Assembly: GCA_964595435.1 (NCBI GenBank)
Contig: CAZQQJ010000001.1
Coordinates: forward strand, 41,464 to 105,463
Origin: an uncultured Anaerolinea sp.
Lineage (GTDB): Bacteria; Chloroflexota; Anaerolineae; Anaerolineales; UBA4823
Length of the DNA stretch: 64,000 bases
Direction of reading: 5' to 3'
The notes beneath the pieces are model-generated. The model saw nothing but the letters and a program-made list of their open reading frames with translations. It was not told the origin of the DNA and did no database searches. The first letter of the stretch is position 1. Each line of letters starts with the position of its first letter. Positions 56,345 through 64,000 of this stretch are shown piece after piece. Position numbers and translations under genes: made by a program.

Positions 56345-57721
56345 TCAGGCCAGCAAAAGCCTGTCAATCGCAGCGGTCAATTGGGCCAGGGTACCAGCCT
56401 GTAAGACGACATCACAATTGGGGGCGTATTTGAGCATATCGCTATCCCCGCTGCCCCATAACGTGGGCGCTTCAGGGTTGATCCATATGGTACGGCGGCT
56501 ACGCCTGGCGATCAAATTGAAAATGTCCAGGCGGGGGTTGTTGTAATTGTTGCGGCCATCGCCTACTACAATAAACGTGGTGCGGCTGTCTAAAGTTGCC
56601 AGGTAATCATGTTGAAAGTTAACCAGGCTGTGCCCCAGGTCGGTATTGTAATAGCCAGCCGGCATGCGTTCTAACACCTGAGAGATGGCTGCGTTCGCTG
56701 CCCTGTCTGCAAGGTCTGGAGAAATGTACTCGAGATGGCTGATGAAGGCAAAAGCGTGGGTTTTGCTGATCAGATCTTGCAGATGGTAGAGTAAACTGAG
56801 CATCAATTCCGAACAGTGGCGCATGGAAGTGCTGATGTCGCAAAAGACCACCAGCTTGGGTTTGAGGGTGCGCTCACGGTGTTTGATCTGGATGGGGACG
56901 CTGCCGTGCTTCAGGTTGGCGCGGATGGTGGCTTTGGCATCCAGCACGCCTGACCTGGCGCGCTTCTGGCGCAGGGCAACGCGTGTTTTCAGAGCGGCTG
57001 CCAGCCGCTGCACCTCTTTGTGCAGGCGTTCCATATCCCGGTCGGAGAGCGTATTGAAAGGCCGGTTTAGCAGCGATTCGATCCCATCTTCGTGCGCCCG
57101 CTCGCTCATGTTTTCTGCGATGCGTTGTCCAGTAAATTGGCGAAGTTGATCTTCCAGGGCTTGCTGGTTGGATTGCATCAGTTGGGTAAGCTGTTCGGCG
57201 CGCTGCTTGTTCATCCCCATCTGCGCCAGCAGTTCGGCCAGTTCTTTTATCGCTTCTTGCACTTCCTTGAAGCGCAGGGCTTTTTTCATGCGTTGCACCA
57301 TCCACTCACGGTAGTGCAGGTTATCCATCTGGCTCAGGCCGACCATTTTCGCCAGCCGCTCCAGTTCTTCCTGGCTGAGAAGCTCACCGTGGAGCAGTTT
57401 TTCCAGGGTCTTGCGCAACTGGTCATTGAACTGGCGCAGGGCATCTGCCAGCATGCGGGCTTCTTCGGGGGTCAGATCCTCAGAAGGGTTCATCATCGGC
57501 GGCGCCTCACCGCTGCCAAAAAAGATGGGGAATAATTCTTCGAAGACGGGTATGTTGCTGGCGTCTTTGACCAGTGTGGTTTGCAGGCTGAGGCGAAACA
57601 GGTCGCGGTCCTTGATGCCCAGGTTATCTATTGCCTGGAAGGCATCGGCGCTTTCTGCCAGGCTGATGCGCACTCCGGCGGAACGCAGTGCAGCAATAAA
57701 CTTAACGATTCGTTCTTCCAT
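56345..57721 (-). CDS. VWA domain protein, CoxE-like (pfam05762 type)
   Basis: A C-terminal VWA carries the MIDAS-like VVFCDISTSM. A long N-terminal helical region is present. Start at MEERIVKF (rc 57719-57721). Confidence 0.75.
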   Translation of the reverse strand: MEERIVKFIAALRSAGVRISLAESADAFQAIDNLGIKDRDLFRLSLQTTLVKDASNIPVFEELFPIFFGSGEAPPMMNPSEDLTPEEARMLADALRQFNDQLRKTLEKLLHGELLSQEELERLAKMVGLSQMDNLHYREWMVQRMKKALRFKEVQEAIKELAELLAQMGMNKQRAEQLTQLMQSNQQALEDQLRQFTGQRIAENMSERAHEDGIESLLNRPFNTLSDRDMERLHKEVQRLAAALKTRVALRQKRARSGVLDAKATIRANLKHGSVPIQIKHRERTLKPKLVVFCDISTSMRHCSELMLSLLYHLQDLISKTHAFAFISHLEYISPDLADRAANAAISQVLERMPAGYYNTDLGHSLVNFQHDYLATLDSRTTFIVVGDGRNNYNNPRLDIFNLIARRSRRTIWINPEAPTLWGSGDSDMLKYAPNCDVVLQAGTLAQLTAAIDRLLLA

Positions 57722-57905
57722 ACCTCTAACGCTCCACAAGAAACAGGCCAATAAGTCTATCTTATCTCGGTGAGGTGTAATCCGTCCATGAATAATCGGG
57801 GTCGCTTGCCGATTGTGCATAGCCCGCAGGGCGCGGGTTGTTTTTCAAGGGTGAATGAGTGCGCAACACTGGCAGCCCCTCAAAGCTACATGAAACGCCC
57901 CAAGG

Positions 57906-58880
57906 TCAGTTATTCCACCGCGAGGGGCGTCCCGCCGCGTCTTCACCGGGCCGCCCGCTGCTCGGGGGGCGCTGCAGAAAGCGCTTGGCGCGCTGCAAAT
58001 CACTCTCGTGTTTGATCAGGATGCTCAATGTGGTCTCCAAGGTGGGCAGGTCCAGGTTACGGGCATTCAGCGCGACCAACGCCTTGGCCCAATCCAGGGT
58101 TTCGCTGATGCTGGGCGATTTGCGCAGGTCCATCGAGCGCAAGTTTTGTACAAGCTCCACGGCCTGGCGGGCCAATTTTGGGGGGAGTTCTGGCACTTTT
58201 AGGCGCACCACTGCCATCTCTTGCTCAATGGAAGGATAGTCGATGAAAAGATAGAGGCAGCGGCGCTTGAGTGCTTCGCTCAGTTCACGGGTATTGTTGC
58301 TGGTCAATATCACCAGAGGGCGGTGAACGGCGGTCAATGTGCCCAGTTCGGGGACACTGACCTGAAAATCGCTCAGCATTTCCAGCAAAAATGCTTCGAA
58401 TTCGGCGTCCGAGCGATCGATTTCGTCAATGAGCAGGACGGTAGGTTGGTCGCTCAAAATGGCTTTGAGCAGCGGGCGCTGAAGCAGGAAGCGCATCGAG
58501 AAAAAGACATCTTCTTCATTGGCTAACCGGTCTGCCGCTGCGCTTAGACTATCGGTTTTGGCGAGGGTCTCTTGCAGTTTGTCGCGCAAAAGTTGGGTGT
58601 AGAGCAATTGTTTGGCATATTCCCATTCGTACAACGCCTTCGTTTCATCGAGCCCTTCGTAGCATTGCAGGCGGATCAACTCGCGACCTGTGGCCTGGGC
58701 AATGGCTTTGGCCAGCTCGGTTTTTCCGACTCCAGCGGGTCCTTCGGTCAGGAGCGGTTTGCCCAATTCCTGGCAAAGGTACATGATGGTGGCGATTTCG
58801 TCGCTGGCGATGTACTGTTGTTCTCCAAGAGCCGTTTTTAGCTCGACCGGGGAATGAAACCGACGGGTCTTATCCATCAC
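57906..58880 (-). CDS. MoxR-type AAA+ ATPase (CoxD-like)
   Basis: Walker A GPAGVGKTELAKAIA, Walker B LLIDEIDR, and an AAA lid. Confidence 0.85.
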   Translation of the reverse strand: MMDKTRRFHSPVELKTALGEQQYIASDEIATIMYLCQELGKPLLTEGPAGVGKTELAKAIAQATGRELIRLQCYEGLDETKALYEWEYAKQLLYTQLLRDKLQETLAKTDSLSAAADRLANEEDVFFSMRFLLQRPLLKAILSDQPTVLLIDEIDRSDAEFEAFLLEMLSDFQVSVPELGTLTAVHRPLVILTSNNTRELSEALKRRCLYLFIDYPSIEQEMAVVRLKVPELPPKLARQAVELVQNLRSMDLRKSPSISETLDWAKALVALNARNLDLPTLETTLSILIKHESDLQRAKRFLQRPPSSGRPGEDAAGRPSRWNN

Positions 58881-59082
58881 TGGCTCTTTCGACGGCCTGT
58901 TCTTTCCAATCGGGCGCGGCGCGCTGTAATTCCTTGCGTGAAACTCTGTTCACCCGCCGGCAATGCGGACAAGGGGCATCGTAGTGGCTCAGGTTTTGGG
59001 CGGCGATTAAATCGAGCGCGGCGTGGACCGCCTCGCGATGGATGGCAAAAGGTTTATTACAATGGTAGCAACGGATCTGCAT
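58870..59082 (-). CDS. small zinc-ribbon protein (70 aa)
   Basis: CYHC...CPHC is a four-Cys pair. GGAG RBS 8 nt upstream. Its stop overlaps the MoxR start by 11 nt. Confidence 0.55.
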   Translation of the reverse strand: MQIRCYHCNKPFAIHREAVHAALDLIAAQNLSHYDAPCPHCRRVNRVSRKELQRAAPDWKEQAVERASDG

Positions 59083-59190
59083 TTCAAGTCTCCTGTAAAC
59101 TTAGGGCAAACACAATTCAGTGAATTCTTCTTTGGTACAGCAGTTTTATTATACATCGTAATCTGGACAAGTCCAGGTTATAATATCCTT

Positions 59191-59745
59191 ATGAAAAGTT
59201 TCTATACACGTACTGGAGACGATGGTTATACCGGGCTATTGGGCGAGGGCCGGGTTCCCAAGTATCATCCTGTAACGGAAGCGGTTGGAGCCATCGACGA
59301 GGCAACGGCTGCCTTGGGCCTGGCGCGGGCGAGCAGCCAGCTTGAGGAGGATGCGGAGGCGTTGCTAACGGTGCAGCGCGATTTGTATCACCTCATGGCT
59401 GAAGTGGCTGCCACTCCTGAAAATGCCCCGCGTTTTCGCAAGATCGACGCGGCGCGGGTGGCATGGCTGGAACAGCAGATCGATTGCTTCAGTGCACGGG
59501 TCGAAATGCCGAAGGAATTTATTGTGCCGGGCGATACGCCCGCGGGGGCTGCGTTGGCTCTGGCGCGCACCGTTGTGCGGCGCGCCGAGCGGCGGGTGGT
59601 GGAACTTTATCATGAGCAAGCTATTCAGAATCCGCAACTGGTGCAATATCTGAATCGCCTGTCGTCGCTGTGTTTCGTGCTCGAGTTGTATGAAAATCAG
59701 GCAGCGGGGAATATTACAACCACCCTGGCGAAACATGTTTCGTAA
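59191..59745 (+). CDS. ATP:cob(I)alamin adenosyltransferase, PduO type
   Basis: MKSFYTRTGDDGYTGLLGEGRVPKYHPVTEAVGAIDEATAALGLA is the PduO-family N-terminus. The upstream ORF-track extension is rejected. Confidence 0.8.
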   Translation: MKSFYTRTGDDGYTGLLGEGRVPKYHPVTEAVGAIDEATAALGLARASSQLEEDAEALLTVQRDLYHLMAEVAATPENAPRFRKIDAARVAWLEQQIDCFSARVEMPKEFIVPGDTPAGAALALARTVVRRAERRVVELYHEQAIQNPQLVQYLNRLSSLCFVLELYENQAAGNITTTLAKHVS

Positions 59746-59816
59746 TGGGGACGAAGGAATAGGGCTATCTCAAGAGACATTTTGGGGATAGCTTGTTCCC
59801 TATATAAAAAATTCTT

Positions 59817-59860
59817 GGGGATCGATGACCTGCATTTCTCATTGGAGGTCATCGATCCCC
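59817..59860 (-). terminator. rho-independent terminator (15-bp stem) between convergent pduO-type and dsbA-like genes
   Basis: GGGGATCGATGACCT-gcatttctcattgg-AGGTCATCGATCCCC. It is followed on the minus strand by AAGAAUUUUUUAUAUA. Confidence 0.7.
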
Positions 59861-59905
59861 AAACTGTTCTTCTCCGGCAGCCATCGTTTTCGGCTGGCGA
59901 GAAAG

Positions 59906-60646
59906 CTAATTCGAACTGGCCAGAGCCTCCTGTACGGCCTGGTAAATTTGTTCGTAAGTTGGCACTTTGCCGGGCGATACGTCTTTGCCGTTGACGATCA
60001 CGGTGGGTGTGCCTGTGATTCCATATTCCGTGCCCACGGCGAAATCCTGGTCGATCTTGCTCTGGTAGCGCTTCTCGGCGAGGCAGGCTTTGAACTGGTT
60101 GGTGTCCATATCCAGGAATTTTGCAAAACCGAGCAAAATATCTTCCGTGAAGCCTGCCTGCTGGTTGGCAAAGAGCAGATTCCTGTAATTCCAAAACTGA
60201 TTTTGTTCGTTAGCGCATTCGGCTGCGTTCGCAGACAGATCGGATGCTTTGTTCGGTGAGTTGTCATCCAGGAAAGGGAACTCATAAAAAACGTAGTGGA
60301 TCTGACCCGTCTCGGCAAGTTCCTTGATCACACGCGGCTCTATAAGCTCGGTGTAAGACTTGCAGGCGCTGCATTGATAATCTTCAAATATCTCAACTTT
60401 GACCTTGGCTTTTGGATCTCCTAATTGGGTGCCATTGGCTGTGGTAAACGTCTGAGGGGTGACCTTTACAAAATCACCGCCTGGATTGAGCGATTTACTG
60501 ATGGACGGAATAATGAGCACGCCTACCAGAAGGATAGCCACCACTGCAACAATACCAATCGTGATCAGGCGCTGTTGGCGTTCTTTCCGGCGAAGTTCTT
60601 CTCTTCTTGCCTGGCGCTTGCTCAGGCCTTCTTTGTTCTGACTCAT
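59906..60646 (-). CDS. DsbA-like thioredoxin-fold thiol:disulfide oxidoreductase, membrane-anchored
   Basis: CSAC active site in a thioredoxin fold. N-terminal Lys/Arg-rich segment and a TM. Confidence 0.8.
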   Translation of the reverse strand: MSQNKEGLSKRQARREELRRKERQQRLITIGIVAVVAILLVGVLIIPSISKSLNPGGDFVKVTPQTFTTANGTQLGDPKAKVKVEIFEDYQCSACKSYTELIEPRVIKELAETGQIHYVFYEFPFLDDNSPNKASDLSANAAECANEQNQFWNYRNLLFANQQAGFTEDILLGFAKFLDMDTNQFKACLAEKRYQSKIDQDFAVGTEYGITGTPTVIVNGKDVSPGKVPTYEQIYQAVQEALASSN

Positions 60647-60718
60647 TTTGCTCTCCTCTTAGACGATAAATTACCGCCGAATTTTCCCACGAGAATCGGC
60701 GTTTGTCCAGAGGAATAG

Positions 60719-61549
60719 TTAGATTTTGCTTTTCAGCCATGCGATTGTGCAGGCCAGCACTTCTATTTTCTCTGGCTCGTTGTGCGTTTCGTGAAGCAGG
60801 CCATCCCAAAGCTTCAGCGTACAATCGCCCGGTGCTATTCCGGCAAATTCCTGGCTGCCGCGGGAGTAGGCAATCTGGTCTGCTGTACCGTGGACCAGCA
60901 AGAGCGGCGGCTGAAATTCGTTGGCGTGGGCAAACGTCCAGTCGATTGCTTTTAGCAGGTTGCTGGCCATGCTCAGAGTTGCCTGGTCGTGAACCAGGGG
61001 ATCTTGCCGGTAAATACGCACCACTTCGGGATCGCGAGAGATTTGGGCCGCGTCCAATCCGCTGGGCATGCTCAAGGTCGGCAGGATGCTAGCCATACCT
61101 TTTGCAAAAGCGATCTTTAGCTTCTGTTCCTCCAAAGAGGTGCGCAGCCCGGGGCTGGTGGCGACGACGCCGGCTAAGTGCGGCTTGCGCTGCAGAGTGT
61201 AATAAAGCACCAGAATGCCGCCCAGGCTATGGCCATAGAGGAAAGAGGGTTTTCCGGGATAGCGTTGATTGGATTCTGCCAGCAACAGGTCGATGTCCTT
61301 CAGGAAGGCCGTGCTGGAGGGCGTGTGGCCACGTTGCCCGGCAGATTGGCCGTGTCCGCGCAGGTCAAAGGTCAATACGCCAAGGCCGGCTTCATTCAAC
61401 ATTCCGGCCACGTGTGTATATCTTCCGCTGTGTTCACCCAGGCCATGCACCAGGCAGACGATTGCCTCAGGCCCGGACTGTGGCATCCAGCTTTGAAAAT
61501 ACAGATCTAAGTTATCGAAAGATTTCAAGTGGAATTCGTTGTGTGACAT
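60719..61549 (-). CDS. alpha/beta hydrolase (lysophospholipase / monoacylglycerol-lipase-like)
   Basis: HGLGEHSGRY, a GHSLGG nucleophile elbow and a C-terminal HE. Confidence 0.8.
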   Translation of the reverse strand: MSHNEFHLKSFDNLDLYFQSWMPQSGPEAIVCLVHGLGEHSGRYTHVAGMLNEAGLGVLTFDLRGHGQSAGQRGHTPSSTAFLKDIDLLLAESNQRYPGKPSFLYGHSLGGILVLYYTLQRKPHLAGVVATSPGLRTSLEEQKLKIAFAKGMASILPTLSMPSGLDAAQISRDPEVVRIYRQDPLVHDQATLSMASNLLKAIDWTFAHANEFQPPLLLVHGTADQIAYSRGSQEFAGIAPGDCTLKLWDGLLHETHNEPEKIEVLACTIAWLKSKI

Positions 61550-61557
61550 ATTTGTGG

Positions 61558-62430
61558 CTATCCGCGCTCGCGTAATGGGAATTGGTAAACAGGATATTCC
61601 TCTCCGGTGAGTTGAAATCCAAGTTTCTGATAGAGTGCCAGGGATGCAAGATTGTCCTTCTGGGTGTTTACCGTTACTTTGCGCGCGCCGCGGCGGTGAA
61701 ACTGGTTCAACAAATCTTGCACCAGGGTATAACCGATACCCTGGCCCTGGATATTGGGCAGAACTGCCAGGCGCGCCAGATGTCCACCGATCGGAGTGGC
61801 TGTGCTGATCTGGTAGCCAACCATGCGGTTTTCAATTTCTGCCACCGTAGCGACTGCTGCCTGGCGGAAGGCAAGCTCTAAATACTCCAACGAATTCTGC
61901 CACAGCGGTGTGAAAGCAGCCTGGTCAATTTTGCTGACGGTGTTCAGGTCATCCAGGTTCATCGAACGCAGGATGAGGCCATTGGGGGCCTTTTTTTGAG
62001 TGCTATCTGTGCACTCCCAACTGAGCATTACGATGCTGTGGGTGAGCTGGAAGGCGCTGCGTCGCAGCATTGTCTCGAACCAATTGTGCATGGGGATTGC
62101 AGCCGCCCATTGAACCGCCTGCATTTCGACGAGTCGTTGCTGAACTTCGTCCCACAATGTCTCCCAGGCATGATCTACCTGGAGGCGCGCTGAAGCTGCA
62201 AACAGACGCACCCAGGCTACCTGCCGGGGATCGGGTGGGCAGGCCAGAGCAGCAGCGACGGTATTACTTTGCTCGATGATTAAAAAAGGCATTTCACCCA
62301 CCCAATCCAGGGGTGGGCGATAATCCAGGTGGCGATGTACGTAAGCTTCAAAGTGGATCAGGTTGGCAAGTTTTTGCAGGTCTTTTCGGGCAACTGAACG
62401 AGTCGAATATCGAATCTGGGTTGCAATCAT
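61558..62430 (-). CDS. GNAT-family N-acetyltransferase with N-terminal domain of unknown function
   Basis: The C-terminal GNAT core is RLAVLPNIQGQGIGYTLVQDLL...KVTVNTQKDNLASLALYQKLGF. Confidence 0.7.
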   Translation of the reverse strand: MIATQIRYSTRSVARKDLQKLANLIHFEAYVHRHLDYRPPLDWVGEMPFLIIEQSNTVAAALACPPDPRQVAWVRLFAASARLQVDHAWETLWDEVQQRLVEMQAVQWAAAIPMHNWFETMLRRSAFQLTHSIVMLSWECTDSTQKKAPNGLILRSMNLDDLNTVSKIDQAAFTPLWQNSLEYLELAFRQAAVATVAEIENRMVGYQISTATPIGGHLARLAVLPNIQGQGIGYTLVQDLLNQFHRRGARKVTVNTQKDNLASLALYQKLGFQLTGEEYPVYQFPLRERG

Positions 62431-62445
62431 GACCGACCACTCACC

Positions 62446-63000
62446 TCAGTTTTTTTTCTTCGTCATCATCTCGATAGGGATATTGAGCAACTTTTTAAGG
62501 AAGCGTTGTTTCGGGCTGGGTTTTTTGACGCCTTCCAGTCCGGAATGCATGGTCGCCAGCGCCTGCAGTTGTTTGCCCATGCGAAATTGGAGCATCGAAA
62601 GTGAATTCATTACGTTGGCGCGCAATTGATCTTCGCCAGCTTGTTGTAAGATTTCTGCAGATTGCTGGTATGCGGCCAGGGATTCATCCGGTCGCTCCAA
62701 CGCTTCGAGAGCGGCGGCCAGGTTACCCAAAGCCATCCCCTGGCGTTTCAGGTCGCCGGCCCCAGCGAATATCTCGGCGGTTCCTTCGACCGCCTTCAAA
62801 GCGGCCTCCGCTTCGCCAGCTTGCAGGTAGGCTACGCTGCTATTATTGGCCATCTCAGCGGCATTGATTGCATCGCCAGCAGCTTCGAAGCCGCTCTGGG
62901 CGGCTTCGAAGGTGTGTGCTGCGGCAAGGTAATCGCCGCGCTGGTATGCGGATTTCCCTTCTTTTGCGAGTGTTTGAGGCGAGGTAGCTTCTGACATCAA
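62446..63000 (-). CDS. TPR-repeat protein
   Basis: Ala-rich degenerate TPR helices (AYQRGDYLAAAHTFEAA, AYLQAGEAEAALKAVE, ALGNLAAALEALERPDESLAAYQQSAEI). Confidence 0.6.
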   Translation of the reverse strand: MMSEATSPQTLAKEGKSAYQRGDYLAAAHTFEAAQSGFEAAGDAINAAEMANNSSVAYLQAGEAEAALKAVEGTAEIFAGAGDLKRQGMALGNLAAALEALERPDESLAAYQQSAEILQQAGEDQLRANVMNSLSMLQFRMGKQLQALATMHSGLEGVKKPSPKQRFLKKLLNIPIEMMTKKKN

Positions 63001-63677
63001 TAGGTGATCTCCAGTAATCCTTCGGCAACAGTACGTAGTTTATCGACGGACATATCGCTTAATCGCATGGCCAGTTCCAGATAGGGGCGGTTTACTGGCC
63101 GGCTGACGAAGACCTGTAACTCGAGGGGCATGGCGAGAAAGTCTTTCAATGCGCGTTGCTGTGCATTCCATACACCTACAGGCCCTTGTTTATCATGAAA
63201 TTCACGGATCGAGCGATGCAGAACACCGCTCAGTGTTTCTAGTTCGGGAAGTGGCACCGGTTCTTTGCCCAGTTCGTAGCTTTCCAGTTGGGCGGGGTCA
63301 ATTTCCACCCGTTCGCTAAGCTGATCGAGGGAAAAGCCGGCTTCCAGGCGCGCCTGCCGTAGTAAAGCGCCAACCATGCGGTGGCGAATACGCATCAGTT
63401 GCTCTACGTGTGAGAGGTTGTGCGCCCCTTCTTTGGATGAGATCGGCTCACGTTCCCAAAAGTTTTCGAGGGGTATCTTCAGAAAGTAAGATAAAGTTTC
63501 CAACTCGGGCAGCGAAATGGCTTTTTCACCCAGTTCATAAGCCTCGTACGTTTCCAGAGGTACTCCGATGGCTTGTGCGCATTCATCAGGGGACAGGTTG
63601 GCTGCCAGGCGCCCATCCCGGATCAGTGAACCGAGATGCCTGGCTCGCAGCGTCAGGTCGGGAGGTTGAGTAGACAT
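62997..63677 (-). CDS. tandem double HTH (XRE/Cro-C1-type) DNA-binding protein
   Basis: Two homologous roughly 75-aa units each end in SLPELETLS / PLPELETLS. ATGA overlap with the TPR gene. Confidence 0.6.
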   Translation of the reverse strand: MSTQPPDLTLRARHLGSLIRDGRLAANLSPDECAQAIGVPLETYEAYELGEKAISLPELETLSYFLKIPLENFWEREPISSKEGAHNLSHVEQLMRIRHRMVGALLRQARLEAGFSLDQLSERVEIDPAQLESYELGKEPVPLPELETLSGVLHRSIREFHDKQGPVGVWNAQQRALKDFLAMPLELQVFVSRPVNRPYLELAMRLSDMSVDKLRTVAEGLLEITY

Positions 63678-63701
63678 TCGCGTGCCATCCTTGTATAAAG
63701 T

Positions 63702-64000
63702 TTACTTGCGACCAGTCCGGCGCCCCTGGGCAAGAATTTCGGATACGTTGACGCCGAACACTTCAGGGCGCAGTTTAAAGCCTGCCGCTTCCAGGCGGCT
63801 GGAAAACAGCGGGCGGATGCCGGTGGGCTTTAGTTCGCCGATCACTTTGCCTTCGCCGCTGACCCCGGTTTGCTCGTATTTGAAGATGTCGGTCAGTACC
63901 ACGGTTTCGCCTTCCATGCCGGCCAGCTCGGTGATTTGAGTGACTTTGCGGGAGCCATCTCGCAAGCGGGTTTGTTGGACGATCAGATCCACCGCTGAAG
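63702..64000 (-). CDS. CpaF/TadA-family pilus-assembly ATPase, C-terminal fragment (gene continues beyond window end)
   Basis: DGSRKVTQITELAGMEGETVVLTDIFKYEQTG is the conserved CpaF C-terminus. The frame is open to position 64000. Confidence 0.7.
   Translation of the reverse strand, partial: SAVDLIVQQTRLRDGSRKVTQITELAGMEGETVVLTDIFKYEQTGVSGEGKVIGELKPTGIRPLFSSRLEAAGFKLRPEVFGVNVSEILAQGRRTGRK

Noticed and set aside
1-64000. Search for tRNA/rRNA, CRISPR arrays, transposases, integrases and phage genes
   Set aside because: No cloverleaf-like GTTCGAATCC-type T-arm sequences and no rRNA-like conserved blocks. No regularly spaced repeats. No transposase or integrase-like ORFs were recognised.

Overview
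This 64 kb window is high-GC (about 60%), densely coding bacterial chromosome with many 4-nt ATGA stop/start overlaps. Gene content suggests a Chloroflexota-like organism (inference): PAC2, Tad-type pseudopilins, a CHASE2-kinase fusion, and class-A beta-lactamase-like and nitroreductase paralogs. I found no rRNA, tRNA, CRISPR array, transposase or integrase. Gene order, low to high coordinate, is as follows. (1) 1-369: truncated membrane protein. (2) 487-1681: ECF sigma/zf-HC2 anti-sigma pair. (3) 1907-4107: SagB-type nitroreductase, a decayed radical-SAM 3' fragment, and an AmmeMemoRadiSam-like radical SAM gene. (4) 4332-7364: Hanks Ser/Thr kinase and an M19 dipeptidase. (5) 7379-7927: a kinase-5'/HEPN/MNT mosaic. 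(6) 7935-20195: a 12 kb co-directional minus-strand array containing threonine dehydratase, D-aminoacylase, MlrC-like M81 peptidase, Ddl, a membrane-anchored MurF, an alpha/beta hydrolase and a Dpp/Opp-type peptide ABC importer. (7) 20385-21999: class-A beta-lactamase-like hydrolase and an ArsR regulator. (8) 22321-29240: LacI-regulated sugar ABC transporter with a GH3 beta-glucosidase. (9) 29464-35056: HtrA, a flotillin-like SPFH protein, a TolB-like propeller protein and a sigma/RskA chimeric remnant. (10) 35513-41075: an ABC-F ATPase and a heterodimeric ABC exporter. (11) 41087-42010: PAC2. (12) 42130-49027: a Tad-pseudopilin cluster with a 906-aa TadE-Ig-repeat protein. (13) 49255-52546: a metallophosphoesterase and a divergent sigma/FecR pair. 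(14) 52807-59082: a Zn-ribbon / MoxR / CoxE-type VWA / Ser-Thr-kinase-CHASE2-cyclase array. (15) 59191-63677: PduO adenosyltransferase, DsbA-like protein, lipase-like hydrolase, GNAT, TPR and a tandem-HTH protein. (16) 63702-64000: the 3' end of a CpaF/TadA ATPase. Several genes show decay (remnants, fusions, a homopolymer frameshift). A modular roughly 120-bp palindromic repeat occurs three times in intergenic 3' regions.
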